From assembly GCA_019637975.1 (NCBI GenBank), contig JAHBUR010000001.1, forward strand, positions 14,444-78,443: a DNA stretch of 64,000 nt. The letters are read 5' to 3'. Shown piece by piece: positions 37,548-47,351 of the stretch; position 1 is the first letter of the stretch; every line of letters begins with the position of its first letter. The notes below the pieces were generated by a model. That model was not told the DNA's origin and searched no databases. It saw only the letters and a list, made by a program, of their open reading frames with translations. The stretch is from Bacteroidota bacterium. Its GTDB lineage: Bacteria > Bacteroidota > Ignavibacteria > UBA10030 > UBA6906. Both the position numbers and the translations under genes were made by a program.

Positions 37548-39203
37548 TTACGTTTGAATAACGCCGGGATTAAACTGCGGAAAATCGGGATTGTGCATTG
37601 CCATCTCAATTCCCCTGGAAACGATGTTGCGTGTCTCCGCGGGATCAACAATTCCATCAACCCACAATCGTGCGGCGGCAAAGTAGGGGTTCGTCTCTTT
37701 TTCGTAACGTTGCTGGATTTCAGCGAGCAACTGCTGTTGTTGCTCTTTGCTGATGTGTTTGCCGCCCTTTTCCATCTGCTGAATGCGAATTCCTAACAAT
37801 GTCTCGCTCGCCTGCTTCCCTCCCATCACGGCAATCTGTGCAGTCGGCCAAGCATAGATCAAGCGAGGTTCGTACGCTTTGCCGCACATTGCGTAGTTTC
37901 CCGCCCCGTAACTATTCCCGACCATGAATGTGAACTTCGGAACGATGCTGTTTGCGACGGCATTCACGAGTTTCGCGCCATCCTTGATAATGCCGCCATG
38001 TTCAGCACGACTTCCGACCATGAACCCTGTGACATCCTGGAAAAATACCAGCGGGATGCGCTTCTGGTTGCAGTTCAGAATGAAGCGCGTTGCCTTGTCG
38101 GCGCTATCACTGTAGATCACCCCGCCGACCTGCATCTCGCCTTTTGCAGTTTTCACAACCGAACGCTGGTTCGCGACAATCCCGACCGCCCAACCATCAA
38201 TACGGGCGTAGCCGGTAACGATGGTCTTGCCATAGCCCGCCTTATACTCGTCGAGTTCACTTCCGTCGAGAATGCGCGCAAGAATTTCATACGTGTCATA
38301 CGGCTTCGTGCGATCTGCAGGAAAGAGGCCGTAGATTTCTTCAGCGGGAAATTCCGGCTGAACGGGTTCGATCCTGTCAAACCCTGCTGTCGGCTTGTGG
38401 CCGAGTTTACCGACAATGCTACGGATTTTCTGAATCGCTTCGTCATCATTGGCCATTTTGTGGTCGGTGACGCCGCTGATTTCACAATGGACTGTAGCTC
38501 CGCCGAGCAGTTCGTTTTCAATCTCTTCGCCAATTGCCGCTTTCACTAAATGCGCACCGGCAAGGAAGACGCTTCCGGTCTTATCAACAATCATCGCTTC
38601 GTCGCTCATGATCGGGAGATACGCACCGCCCGCCACACACGGTCCCATGATTGCAGCAATTTGTGTGATGCCGAGCGACGACATGACGGCGTTGTTCCGG
38701 AAGATGCGGCCGAAATGTTCTTTGTCCGGAAAGATTTCACTTTGGAGAGGGAGAAACACACCCGCGGAGTCGACGAGATACACAATCGGGAGCCTGTTTT
38801 CGATGGAGATTTCCTGCGCACGCAAATTCTTTTTGGCAGTGATCGGAAACCACGCCCCTGCCTTGACTGTCGCATCATTGGCAACGATCACGACGTCCCG
38901 TCCATGAATCTTGCCGATGCCGAACACGGTTCCTGACGACGGGGCTCCTCCATATTCCTCATACATTTCGTACGCGGCAAAAAGGCCGACTTCAAGGAAG
39001 TAACTCCCGGGATCAATCAGCTTTTCAATGCGTTCCCGTGCCGAGAGCTTTCCTTTCTGATGAAGTTTCTCAATCGCCGCCTTGCCGCCGCCGAGTTTGA
39101 CTTTTTCAGCCATCTCGCGAACGAACTTCAGCCGGGATGTGAAATTCTCCTCATTTTTTTGAAACGAGGGAGAATGTTTGAGTTCCGTTCCGATACGCGC
39201 CAT
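37548..39203 (-). CDS. acyl-CoA carboxylase carboxyltransferase subunit, 3-methylcrotonyl-CoA carboxylase beta-like
   Basis: Collinear with MCC-beta (MCCC2/LiuB) as I recall it: KLGGGKAAIEKLHQKGKLSARERI, IVANDATVKAGAWFPITAKKNLRAQEI, LVDSAGVFLP, GPCVAGGAYLP, GNSYGAGNYAMCG. Confidence 0.85.
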   Translation of the reverse strand: MARIGTELKHSPSFQKNEENFTSRLKFVREMAEKVKLGGGKAAIEKLHQKGKLSARERIEKLIDPGSYFLEVGLFAAYEMYEEYGGAPSSGTVFGIGKIHGRDVVIVANDATVKAGAWFPITAKKNLRAQEISIENRLPIVYLVDSAGVFLPLQSEIFPDKEHFGRIFRNNAVMSSLGITQIAAIMGPCVAGGAYLPIMSDEAMIVDKTGSVFLAGAHLVKAAIGEEIENELLGGATVHCEISGVTDHKMANDDEAIQKIRSIVGKLGHKPTAGFDRIEPVQPEFPAEEIYGLFPADRTKPYDTYEILARILDGSELDEYKAGYGKTIVTGYARIDGWAVGIVANQRSVVKTAKGEMQVGGVIYSDSADKATRFILNCNQKRIPLVFFQDVTGFMVGSRAEHGGIIKDGAKLVNAVANSIVPKFTFMVGNSYGAGNYAMCGKAYEPRLIYAWPTAQIAVMGGKQASETLLGIRIQQMEKGGKHISKEQQQQLLAEIQQRYEKETNPYFAAARLWVDGIVDPAETRNIVSRGIEMAMHNPDFPQFNPGVIQT

Positions 39204-39206
39204 AGA

Positions 39207-40367
39207 TTACATTGCCAGCAATTGTCTTGCAATAACCATCTTTTGAACTTCAGAAGTCCCTTCACCGATCGTCATCAACTTCACATCACGATACAACTTT
39301 TCGACCGGAAATTCCTTGATGAATCCGTAGCCGCCATGAATTTGTACGGCTTCGTTGGTTGCACGCACAGCGGCTTCGCTGGCAAAGAGTTTCGCCTGAG
39401 AAACCGCGAGCGTGTAGTCCATTCCATTCGTTGCCATCCATGCTGCCCGTTGGGTTAGCAGCCGGGCGGCATTGATTTCAGTTGCCATATCGGCAAGCTT
39501 CCATTGGATGCCTTGAAACTCCGCCAGCGCCTTGCCAAATTGATGCCGCTCCTTTGCATACTTCACGCTCGCATCGAGCGCGCCTTGAGCAATGCCTACT
39601 GAAAGGGCCGCAATGCCGATCCGTCCGCCATCGAGAACGGTGAGCGCCTGTTTGAATCCCTGCCCTACTTCCCCGATCAGATTTTCCCCGGGCACACGAA
39701 CGTTATCGAATATCAACGTTGCGGTATCGCTGCAGCGCATGCCGAGTTTGTTTTCTTTCTTGCCGATGGTGAATCCTTTCATTCCTTTTTCAAGAATGAA
39801 GGCCGAGATGCTCCCCTTCCCTTTCGACCGGTCCGTCATCGCCATGATGACGTACGTTCCGCCGACCGACCCTTGCGTTATGAATGTTTTGCTCCCGTTG
39901 AGAATCCAGTCCTTGCCGTCGCGGGCAGCGATTGTTTTCATCCCTCCCGAATCACTCCCGGATCCGGGTTCCGTCAGCCCCCACGCGCCGAGTTTGCGCC
40001 CGCTGGCAAGATCGGGAACGTACCGCTTCTTCTGCTCTTCATTGGCAAACTTCATGATGTGCCCCGTACACAGACTATTGTGCGAAGCGACGGTGAGGGC
40101 AATTGACGGATCGACTTTCGCAATCTCTTCAATGATGACAATCGCCTCCATCTCACTCAATCCGGCACCGCCAAGTTCTTCGGGCCACGTCATTCCCATG
40201 AAGCCGAGATCGGCCGCTTTCTTCGCAATGTCGTGAGGAAATTCCTGTGACTCGTCATACTTCATGACGTAAGGGCGCATCTCCTCTTCAGCGAACTTGC
40301 GCGCAAGCTCTTGAACGGCCTTCTGGCTTTCGGTGAGATTGAAGCTCATTCCGGTTGCTTCTGACAT
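39207..40367 (-). CDS. acyl-CoA dehydrogenase (short/branched-chain type)
   Basis: 386 aa. GLTEPGSGSD, and the C-terminal catalytic-Glu context IGEGTSEVQ (SCAD/MCAD position). AGGAGA SD is present. Confidence 0.9.
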   Translation of the reverse strand: MSEATGMSFNLTESQKAVQELARKFAEEEMRPYVMKYDESQEFPHDIAKKAADLGFMGMTWPEELGGAGLSEMEAIVIIEEIAKVDPSIALTVASHNSLCTGHIMKFANEEQKKRYVPDLASGRKLGAWGLTEPGSGSDSGGMKTIAARDGKDWILNGSKTFITQGSVGGTYVIMAMTDRSKGKGSISAFILEKGMKGFTIGKKENKLGMRCSDTATLIFDNVRVPGENLIGEVGQGFKQALTVLDGGRIGIAALSVGIAQGALDASVKYAKERHQFGKALAEFQGIQWKLADMATEINAARLLTQRAAWMATNGMDYTLAVSQAKLFASEAAVRATNEAVQIHGGYGFIKEFPVEKLYRDVKLMTIGEGTSEVQKMVIARQLLAM

Positions 40368-40377
40368 CGGGTTTCTC

Positions 40378-41328
40378 CTAGTGATTACGGAAATTATTGA
40401 TTAATTCATGCGCAAGGTCGTACGGAGTTGTCGTGAACGAAACAACATCATCCATCCGGGAAGAGAGCATACGTTGTCGTTCTTCACTCCAGAAATCCGT
40501 ACGGAGTGTATCGGCTACAAGCTCACGAATACGTGACTCCATTCGTGAGCGCCGCTTCTTCTGCAGTTCCTTGCTTTGTTCGAGGAACGTCCGATGCTCG
40601 CTGATTTTCGCGGCGATCTCTTCAATCCCCTTTCCTTCGCTGGCTATGCATTTCAGCACATCAGGATTCCAGGCACTTGCCGGCTTGAAATGCAGAATCA
40701 TCTTGATGGACATCACCGCCTGTTCGGCCCCGGCGCGATCAGCTTTGTTCAGCACAAAGAAGTCCGCAATCTCCATCAAACCTGCCTTCATAGCCTGTAT
40801 GGAATCGCCCGACTCGGGCACGAGAACCACAACGGTTGAATCTGCAGCTCCGGCAATATCCAGTTCCGATTGGCCGACACCGACTGTTTCCATGATGATA
40901 ATATCTTTCCCCGACGCGTCAAGAACATCGGCTGCCTCCATTGCCTTCTTGCTCAATCCTCCAAGACTTCCCCGCGAAGCCATGCTTCGAATGAACACAT
41001 CTTCGTCCAACTCAACATCCGTCATGCGAACCCGGTCGCCAAGCAATGCCCCGCCCGTAAACGGACTCGTCGGGTCGACGGCGATGATCCCGACACCGAG
41101 ATTTTGCCGTCGATAGTATTGTGCAAGTTTGTTTGTGAGCGTGCTTTTGCCGGCTCCCGGGGGGCCGGTTATTCCAATGCGGTACGCACGACCTGTCTTC
41201 GGAAAAATCGAACGCAGCAATTCCTCCGAGCCATCAAGCTCATTCTCAACAAGAGAGATTGCCCGGGCGGTTGCAATGCGGTCGCCCTCAAACAACAGCC
41301 CCGAATCGACAGCCGATCTACGCGCCAT
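40378..41328 (-). CDS. meaB: MeaB/ArgK-family G-protein chaperone (methylmalonyl-CoA-mutase-associated GTPase)
   Basis: P-loop GPPGAGKST, AVDPTSPFTGGALLGDR, IRSMASRGSLGG, and G4 motif NKAD. Confidence 0.85.
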   Translation of the reverse strand: MARRSAVDSGLLFEGDRIATARAISLVENELDGSEELLRSIFPKTGRAYRIGITGPPGAGKSTLTNKLAQYYRRQNLGVGIIAVDPTSPFTGGALLGDRVRMTDVELDEDVFIRSMASRGSLGGLSKKAMEAADVLDASGKDIIIMETVGVGQSELDIAGAADSTVVVLVPESGDSIQAMKAGLMEIADFFVLNKADRAGAEQAVMSIKMILHFKPASAWNPDVLKCIASEGKGIEEIAAKISEHRTFLEQSKELQKKRRSRMESRIRELVADTLRTDFWSEERQRMLSSRMDDVVSFTTTPYDLAHELINNFRNH

Positions 41329-42277
41329 ATCCCTCTTTCGATCTGAAGTACTCGACAGTTTTCCGAAGTCCTTCCTCCATTGAAACAGTCGCCCTCCATC
41401 CTAATTGCATTTTGATTCGAGCAGATGTGAGAACGCTGCGCAATTGTTCGCCTTTCTTGGCCGGACCGTGACGCTCCTCTGCCGGGGAACCGGTAAGTTT
41501 TTTGAGATGATGGAAGAGTTGGTTGACATCCGTTTCAATTCCGGTTCCGATATTGAACACGTGCGAGCCTTCACAGTTGAGCGCCAGAACGTTTGCTTGA
41601 ACGACATCCCCCACAAACACATAGTCACGCGTTTGCTTCCCTTCGCCGTTGATGACAGGTTGCTGACCGCTAAGAAGTTTTGTTGTGAAGATTGCAACAA
41701 CGCCCGCTTCGCCTTCCGGATTTTGGCGCGGCCCGTAGATATTTGCATAGCGAAGACTGACAGAATTGATGCCATACACAGCCTTGTAGTAAAAGAGATA
41801 TTGTTCGGTCGTGAGCTTCGCCACGCCGTATGGTGAAATCGGGCGGGTCGGATGAAGTTCATCGGCGGGAAAATAATCTTGTTCACCATAAATCGCCCCG
41901 CCGCTGGATGCAAAGATCACGCGTTTCACACCCGTTGCAACGCAACACTCCAGCATTGTGAGTACGCCGATGATGTTGACGGAAGCGTCATAGACCGGAT
42001 CTTCGACGGATCTGCGAACATCCATTTGTGCTGCGTGATGATTGACGACATCGAAATTGCCGGCCTGAAAAATCTTCCTCACAGCCTCGGTATCCCGAAG
42101 ATCAACCCTGTGAAATGTCGCCGCCGGATTGATGTTGATTTGCCGGCCTGTGGAGAGATTGTCCAGAATCGAAACGTTGTGGCCCTGCGTTATGTATTCA
42201 TCTACAATATGAGATGCGATGAATCCGGCACCGCCGGTAACAAGTATATTCAACCTGTTTTCCCTTTCCGAAATCAC
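41318..42277 (-). CDS. NAD-dependent epimerase/dehydratase (UDP-glucose 4-epimerase-like SDR)
   Basis: GGAGFIASH Rossmann motif and the YGVAK (YxxxK) catalytic motif. 319 aa. Confidence 0.85.
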   Translation of the reverse strand: MISERENRLNILVTGGAGFIASHIVDEYITQGHNVSILDNLSTGRQININPAATFHRVDLRDTEAVRKIFQAGNFDVVNHHAAQMDVRRSVEDPVYDASVNIIGVLTMLECCVATGVKRVIFASSGGAIYGEQDYFPADELHPTRPISPYGVAKLTTEQYLFYYKAVYGINSVSLRYANIYGPRQNPEGEAGVVAIFTTKLLSGQQPVINGEGKQTRDYVFVGDVVQANVLALNCEGSHVFNIGTGIETDVNQLFHHLKKLTGSPAEERHGPAKKGEQLRSVLTSARIKMQLGWRATVSMEEGLRKTVEYFRSKEGYGA

Positions 42278-43599
42278 ATACTGCCTTCAAGAAACTGCCA
42301 CGCCGTGAAAGCATAGACAACACCAACGACTGTTACCCACGACGAAGCAACAACCCGGTTCCGACGAATATTGAAAAACTCCTTCATCCTTTTTGTGTCC
42401 GCGAACAACGCGACGCCCCCTGCCGCGAACATCGCTGCAACTGGCATGAGCGGGAGCCTGTACCGCGCCTCGCAATGCAACAAGACTTGCATACCTGTAA
42501 AAAATACCACCGCTAGCAAGATCGGAACGAAGGGTCTTGTCTTCCATCCCATCGTCATCAATCCGAATCCCGCAAACACGTACATCACCATATCGCCCGC
42601 AACACACACCGCCTGAAGTCTCGTATCCGAGTCTGTGTTTGAGATGGGATAGATCCAGTGCATATAGAATTTCTTCAGAGCAAGAGTTGCCGCATTTCCC
42701 GGTTCTGACAGAACATATTCGATAGCAAGCTTTCTGCCCAGTGCACTTCTTTCTGTTTCCGTTGATCTGGTCAGATTCAGATTGTGTTCCGCCGCTCTCA
42801 ACCGGAACCATTCCTCGAAGCCCGGTTTACTGCTCCATGTTCCTGTCGAATACGGGTTGTTGCCGAGCAGCAGGGAGATTCCGCCCCACGAGGAGATCGG
42901 AACAAATTCGCCGTGAACATTATAGTTACGAATCGTCCACGGCGTGAGAACAATCAGCCAGGCAACAATTGCAACTGCCAACGAGCCAGCATACACGCCG
43001 GGTTGTTTCCGATACGCCACAAGAAGCACGGCAATCAGGAAAATAAAGAAGCCGAAGAACACAGCCCTCGTCAATGTGGCGAAGCCCGCAAGGATGCCTA
43101 TCAACGCTCCGGTTGCAATCGTCGGGTGTTTGCGTTGGCGTTCCAGCAAGATGAATGAAGCGAGAACGAAGACAATGTACAACGATTCCGTCTGAAGCAA
43201 CGTCGAATAGATAACAAGCCCCGGGTATAGGGCAATGAACGCGGCCGCAATCAGGGCAACAAACCTGCGGCCGGACAAATCGAGAGTCAGCACAAATCCC
43301 AGCCAGATTGCCAATCCGCCGAGGACGCATCCGAGCACATGCGGGGCAAGCAGCCCATCTCCCAACACTCGAAAAACAACCGACAAGAGAAAGGGCCAAA
43401 GGGGAGCCTTTGTTGACCACTCGCCGTTGGAATCAATAAACGGCTGGCCCTGCGCAAGTTTTGTCGCCAGCGAAACATATTCCCGTTCATCGCCGGTGTA
43501 CCCTTGAAGATGCAAGTAGCCAACAAGACTCACTCTCAAGATAAAACCGACCAGAACAATCAGCAGAACATCTTGATATGACCTGAGCCATCGCATCAA
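42274..43599 (-). CDS. GT-C fold glycosyltransferase (family 39 / ArnT-PMT-like), polytopic membrane protein
   Basis: About 11-12 hydrophobic helices. The first periplasmic loop carries YTGDEREY (the DE motif typical of ArnT/PMT-like enzymes). ATGA overlaps at both ends. Confidence 0.7.
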   Translation of the reverse strand: MMRWLRSYQDVLLIVLVGFILRVSLVGYLHLQGYTGDEREYVSLATKLAQGQPFIDSNGEWSTKAPLWPFLLSVVFRVLGDGLLAPHVLGCVLGGLAIWLGFVLTLDLSGRRFVALIAAAFIALYPGLVIYSTLLQTESLYIVFVLASFILLERQRKHPTIATGALIGILAGFATLTRAVFFGFFIFLIAVLLVAYRKQPGVYAGSLAVAIVAWLIVLTPWTIRNYNVHGEFVPISSWGGISLLLGNNPYSTGTWSSKPGFEEWFRLRAAEHNLNLTRSTETERSALGRKLAIEYVLSEPGNAATLALKKFYMHWIYPISNTDSDTRLQAVCVAGDMVMYVFAGFGLMTMGWKTRPFVPILLAVVFFTGMQVLLHCEARYRLPLMPVAAMFAAGGVALFADTKRMKEFFNIRRNRVVASSWVTVVGVVYAFTAWQFLEGSM

Positions 43600-44879
43600 T
43601 GCACAAATGCCTTCTTGCCTATATCACGGCGGTAATGCGCACCGGCAAACGATATCTTGCCAACCGCGTTATATGCATCTTCGATCGCGCCGGCAAGATC
43701 GGATTTGAGTGCTGTTACACCGAGAACCCTTCCCCCAGCAGTAACCAGGGTGCCTCCCTGGGATTTCGTTCCGGCGTGAAACACCAGAACATTGTTCACT
43801 CCCGTCAACTCATCAAGGCCATCGATTTCAATTCCTGTCGGATACTCATCAGGATAGCCGACAGAAGCCAGCACAACACACACAGCAGATTGTGCGTATG
43901 CCGCCGACAAGCTGTCCTTGCGCAATGTTTCAATGCGTCCTTCGCATGTTGCTTCGAACAATTCCACAAGGTCGCCGTTGAACAGCGGCAAGACAACCTG
44001 AGTCTCCGGATCACCGAAGCGGCAGTTGTACTCAATGACCCTCGGGCCGCTTGCCGTGATCATCAGGCCAACATACAAACATCCTTTGTACGGGCGTCCT
44101 TCAGACGCCATTCCGGCGAGTGTTGGTTTGATGATCCTTTCTTCGACGTCGCGCAGAATGTCAGGAGTAACGATCGGCGCCGGAGCGTAGGCACCCATTC
44201 CGCCGGTGTTCTTTCCTCTGTCACCATCGAAGACGCGCTTGTGATCCTGCGCCGGTGCAAGCGTGACGAAATCCTTTCCATCACAGATGGCAAACACGGA
44301 GGCTTCTTCGCCTTCAAGAAATTCTTCAACAACAATTGTGTCGCCTGCCGAACCAAATTGCCGTTTCATCTCTTCAAATGATGCAAGGGCCTGTTCATGA
44401 GAAGAGCAGATGAGAACGCCTTTTCCTGCCGCGAGTCCGTCTGCTTTCAAGACAACAGGCATGGTGGTACGCGAGAGGTAGTCGTTCGCTTCGGCACTTT
44501 GCGAGGCGGTGAATTTCTTGTATCGTGCCGTTGGAATTCCGTGCCGCTCCATGAATTCTTTGGCGAACGCCTTGCTCCATTCGAGTTCGGCTGCGCGCTT
44601 TGTGGGGCCGAATGCCTTCATGCCATTTGCCTCGAACAGGTCAACGATCCCGTCTGCGAGAGGTTGTTCCGGGCCGACAACTGTCAAGTCGATTTGTTGC
44701 CGCTTTGCAAAATCAAGAAGTCCCTCAAGTGCCGTTGCCCGCATCGGCAGACACTCGGCAAGTTCGCCGATGCCCGGGTTTCCGGGCGAACAGAAGATTT
44801 CCCTGACCTTCGGGCTTTGCCTGATTTTCCAGACCAAAGCATGCTCACGAGCGCCGGAACCGATGACGAGTATTTTCAT
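43596..44879 (-). CDS. purD: phosphoribosylamine--glycine ligase
   Basis: MKILVIGSGAREHALVWK, ATP-grasp core, 427 aa, collinear with PurD throughout. Confidence 0.95.
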   Translation of the reverse strand: MKILVIGSGAREHALVWKIRQSPKVREIFCSPGNPGIGELAECLPMRATALEGLLDFAKRQQIDLTVVGPEQPLADGIVDLFEANGMKAFGPTKRAAELEWSKAFAKEFMERHGIPTARYKKFTASQSAEANDYLSRTTMPVVLKADGLAAGKGVLICSSHEQALASFEEMKRQFGSAGDTIVVEEFLEGEEASVFAICDGKDFVTLAPAQDHKRVFDGDRGKNTGGMGAYAPAPIVTPDILRDVEERIIKPTLAGMASEGRPYKGCLYVGLMITASGPRVIEYNCRFGDPETQVVLPLFNGDLVELFEATCEGRIETLRKDSLSAAYAQSAVCVVLASVGYPDEYPTGIEIDGLDELTGVNNVLVFHAGTKSQGGTLVTAGGRVLGVTALKSDLAGAIEDAYNAVGKISFAGAHYRRDIGKKAFVH

Positions 44880-44925
44880 TTTATTTCAGCTATCCAATTC
44901 AAATCCCTGATACGAGCAACATCAT

Positions 44926-46200
44926 CTACACTGCCAACAGCGATTCAAACAATCTGACTAGCTTGCCTGTCAATTTCGGCCGATCATATTTCTCAACAAC
45001 CTCCTGCACGGGGCCGCGCAACGTTCCCTCTTCATACTGACGATAGAATTTCTCTATGGCATGCTTGATGGCATCAACATCGTTTGGCGCCGTTACGACT
45101 CCTCCGGCTTCGAGGATTGTCTGCTTCATAAACCCGTCCGGCACGCAACCAAGAATCGGCTTGCGGGCACCGATGTACTCATATACCTTGCCGGGTGAGC
45201 CGACATTATCACCGACAATCATCCACAAGACATCCGATGCAACAAGATTGTTGACACATTGACGATGGGGCAAATAATCAACAACAATGACGGAATCTTT
45301 CAGTCCAAGCTTTTGGACGAGTTTGATGTTTTCCTTCCTGAACTTTCCGATAAATAACGCCTCGATGCGATCACGGAGGCGCGGCTGCTCTTGAAACAAC
45401 GCGTGAAGCGCCTGCAGAAAGTACGTTGGCACTCTGTCTTCCCAAAAGACTCCGGCGTAGGTAATTCTCATCTTGTTCGTTCTGGAAATAACATCATCGG
45501 CATCTGCCGCAGCAAAATCATCAGGATCATAGCCTTGCGGGATGATTTCGACATCATTGTAGCCCAGGAAGCGGTGGCGTTTGATCAACAGCTCCTTCAC
45601 GTTGCGATTGGTTGTGACGACATGGCTGCTTGCTTTCAGGGCGTTCCGTTCCAACCGGATTGTACGCAACTTGTGATAGGGAGTCGGGTAGAATTTGTGG
45701 GGATACTCAACCCACGCGTCCCGATAGTCGAACACCAACGGGATGTTGAGATGGGACTTGATCTCCGCTCCGATGAGAAAATCCGTAAACGGAGGGGCGG
45801 TGGCAAAGAGCAGATCAAACGGTTTCGCTTGATGCAACTCCAGCGCCTTCCGCACCGCCTTCCGTTTCCATCCGATCTTGTTGTCGGGAATGAAGAATGT
45901 ATCACTGACACGACTCAGGAATTTCCTCGTGCGCTCCGACGGGAGCTTCACGGTGCCCTTCCTCGCTAAAACCTTCCCCGGTCCAGCCGCGTTTGTGCGG
46001 ACGATTTCGACATTCCTTCCCTCCAACTCCTTCAGAAGCGTATCATCATGCGCAAAGTAGCCCACAGGCTCGACAGTCAGCACCGTAGGTTTCCATCCGA
46101 ATTCGGGAAAGTACTTGACAAATTTCAACGTCCGTTGAACTCCGCTCAATCCCATCGGAGGAAAGTAGTAGGCAATGACAAGAACCCGTCGCTCGTCCAT
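44926..46200 (-). CDS. GT-B fold glycosyltransferase (family 4-like)
   Basis: MDERRVLVIAYYFPPMGLSGVQR is a typical GT4 N-terminus. The C-terminal half carries a sugar-donor-binding helix (YEYIGARKPILG). The ORF is open to 46323, but that extension overlaps the pepP-like gene, so I chose ATG 46200. Confidence 0.75.
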   Translation of the reverse strand: MDERRVLVIAYYFPPMGLSGVQRTLKFVKYFPEFGWKPTVLTVEPVGYFAHDDTLLKELEGRNVEIVRTNAAGPGKVLARKGTVKLPSERTRKFLSRVSDTFFIPDNKIGWKRKAVRKALELHQAKPFDLLFATAPPFTDFLIGAEIKSHLNIPLVFDYRDAWVEYPHKFYPTPYHKLRTIRLERNALKASSHVVTTNRNVKELLIKRHRFLGYNDVEIIPQGYDPDDFAAADADDVISRTNKMRITYAGVFWEDRVPTYFLQALHALFQEQPRLRDRIEALFIGKFRKENIKLVQKLGLKDSVIVVDYLPHRQCVNNLVASDVLWMIVGDNVGSPGKVYEYIGARKPILGCVPDGFMKQTILEAGGVVTAPNDVDAIKHAIEKFYRQYEEGTLRGPVQEVVEKYDRPKLTGKLVRLFESLLAV

Positions 46201-46267
46201 CGTCTGCGGACTTTCTTGAGCTCGGACTGTCACGGTTTCAATCATTCCGCTGGATACGTTTGATTTC

Positions 46268-47341
46268 TTACAGATTGATAAGCTCTTTCGGAGCCTCGTT
46301 GAGAACGTGGCAGCCGGCATCATTCAGTAACACATCATCTTCGATCCGAACGCCGCCGAAGTCGGGCACATACACTCCGGGCTCAATAGTGATTACACTG
46401 CCGCTGCGCAACCGTTCCTTGCTCAACTGTGACACTTTCGGGCGCTCGTGAACCTGCAAGCCGAGTCCGTGACCGAGCGAGTGATTGAAGTACTTGCCGA
46501 GTCCGCCCCGTTCAATGCGCTTCCGTGCAACTGCATCAAGGTCTTTTGCCCACATCGAGCCCCGGGCAGCATCAATGGCATCCTGCTGCGCGTCCTTCAC
46601 AACCTGGTATATTCTCTTTGCACGGGAACTCACATTGCCAACGGCAATAGTTCTTGTGATATCCGAGTTGTATCCGTCGACCACACAACCGAAATCGAGC
46701 GTGACGAATTCGCCGGAACGGATTTTCTTTCTGCTTGCGCGGGCGTGCGGAAACGCTCCGCGTGTGCCGCTGGCGACAATAATTTCAAACGCATCACGCT
46801 GGGCACCGAAGCGTTTGTGGAGATAGGAAATCTCTGCCGCAATTTCCAGCTCCGCTACTCCCGGCCGGATCATATCCAGCACTTCGTGGAAGACCTTGTC
46901 GGAAACCTTTGCAGCACGGCGCATATTGTCAATCTCCATCTCGTCTTTCACCAACATCACGTTCTCGACAATGTCGGCCGTTGAAGCAAACGAGGTCTCA
47001 GGAAAGAGCCGTCGCAGAACCCTGTATTGCGCGTAGGTGATCTGGTTGGATTCGAATCCCGTTTTCCCGGCACCGCTCAGCAATGCCCGCGCAGCGGCTT
47101 CTTCGTACAATCCCCCGTGTGTGATGATGATGCGCCTGCAGCCCTTCACCTCTTTTGAAGCTTGCAGCGTGTAACGTACATCCGAGAGAAATGCCGAAGA
47201 TCTCTGAGTAACGATGAGCAGGGCGTTGGATCCGGTAAACCCCGTCAGGTAGCGGATATGCGGCAGTGATGAGACGATGAACGCATCGAGCCCTTTTTCC
47301 CGCACTTCTTGACGTACACGCACAATTCTGTTGTGTGTCAT
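46268..47341 (-). CDS. M24-family Xaa-Pro aminopeptidase
   Basis: Creatinase-like N-domain plus pita-bread fold with metal ligands: VTLDFGCVVDGYNSDITRT, HSLGHGLGLQVHE, ITIEPGVY, VRIEDDV. ATG 47341 lies 10 nt after the guaB stop. The longer ORF would overlap guaB. Confidence 0.85.
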   Translation of the reverse strand: MTHNRIVRVRQEVREKGLDAFIVSSLPHIRYLTGFTGSNALLIVTQRSSAFLSDVRYTLQASKEVKGCRRIIITHGGLYEEAAARALLSGAGKTGFESNQITYAQYRVLRRLFPETSFASTADIVENVMLVKDEMEIDNMRRAAKVSDKVFHEVLDMIRPGVAELEIAAEISYLHKRFGAQRDAFEIIVASGTRGAFPHARASRKKIRSGEFVTLDFGCVVDGYNSDITRTIAVGNVSSRAKRIYQVVKDAQQDAIDAARGSMWAKDLDAVARKRIERGGLGKYFNHSLGHGLGLQVHERPKVSQLSKERLRSGSVITIEPGVYVPDFGGVRIEDDVLLNDAGCHVLNEAPKELINL

Positions 47342-47351
47342 CTGGAACAAA

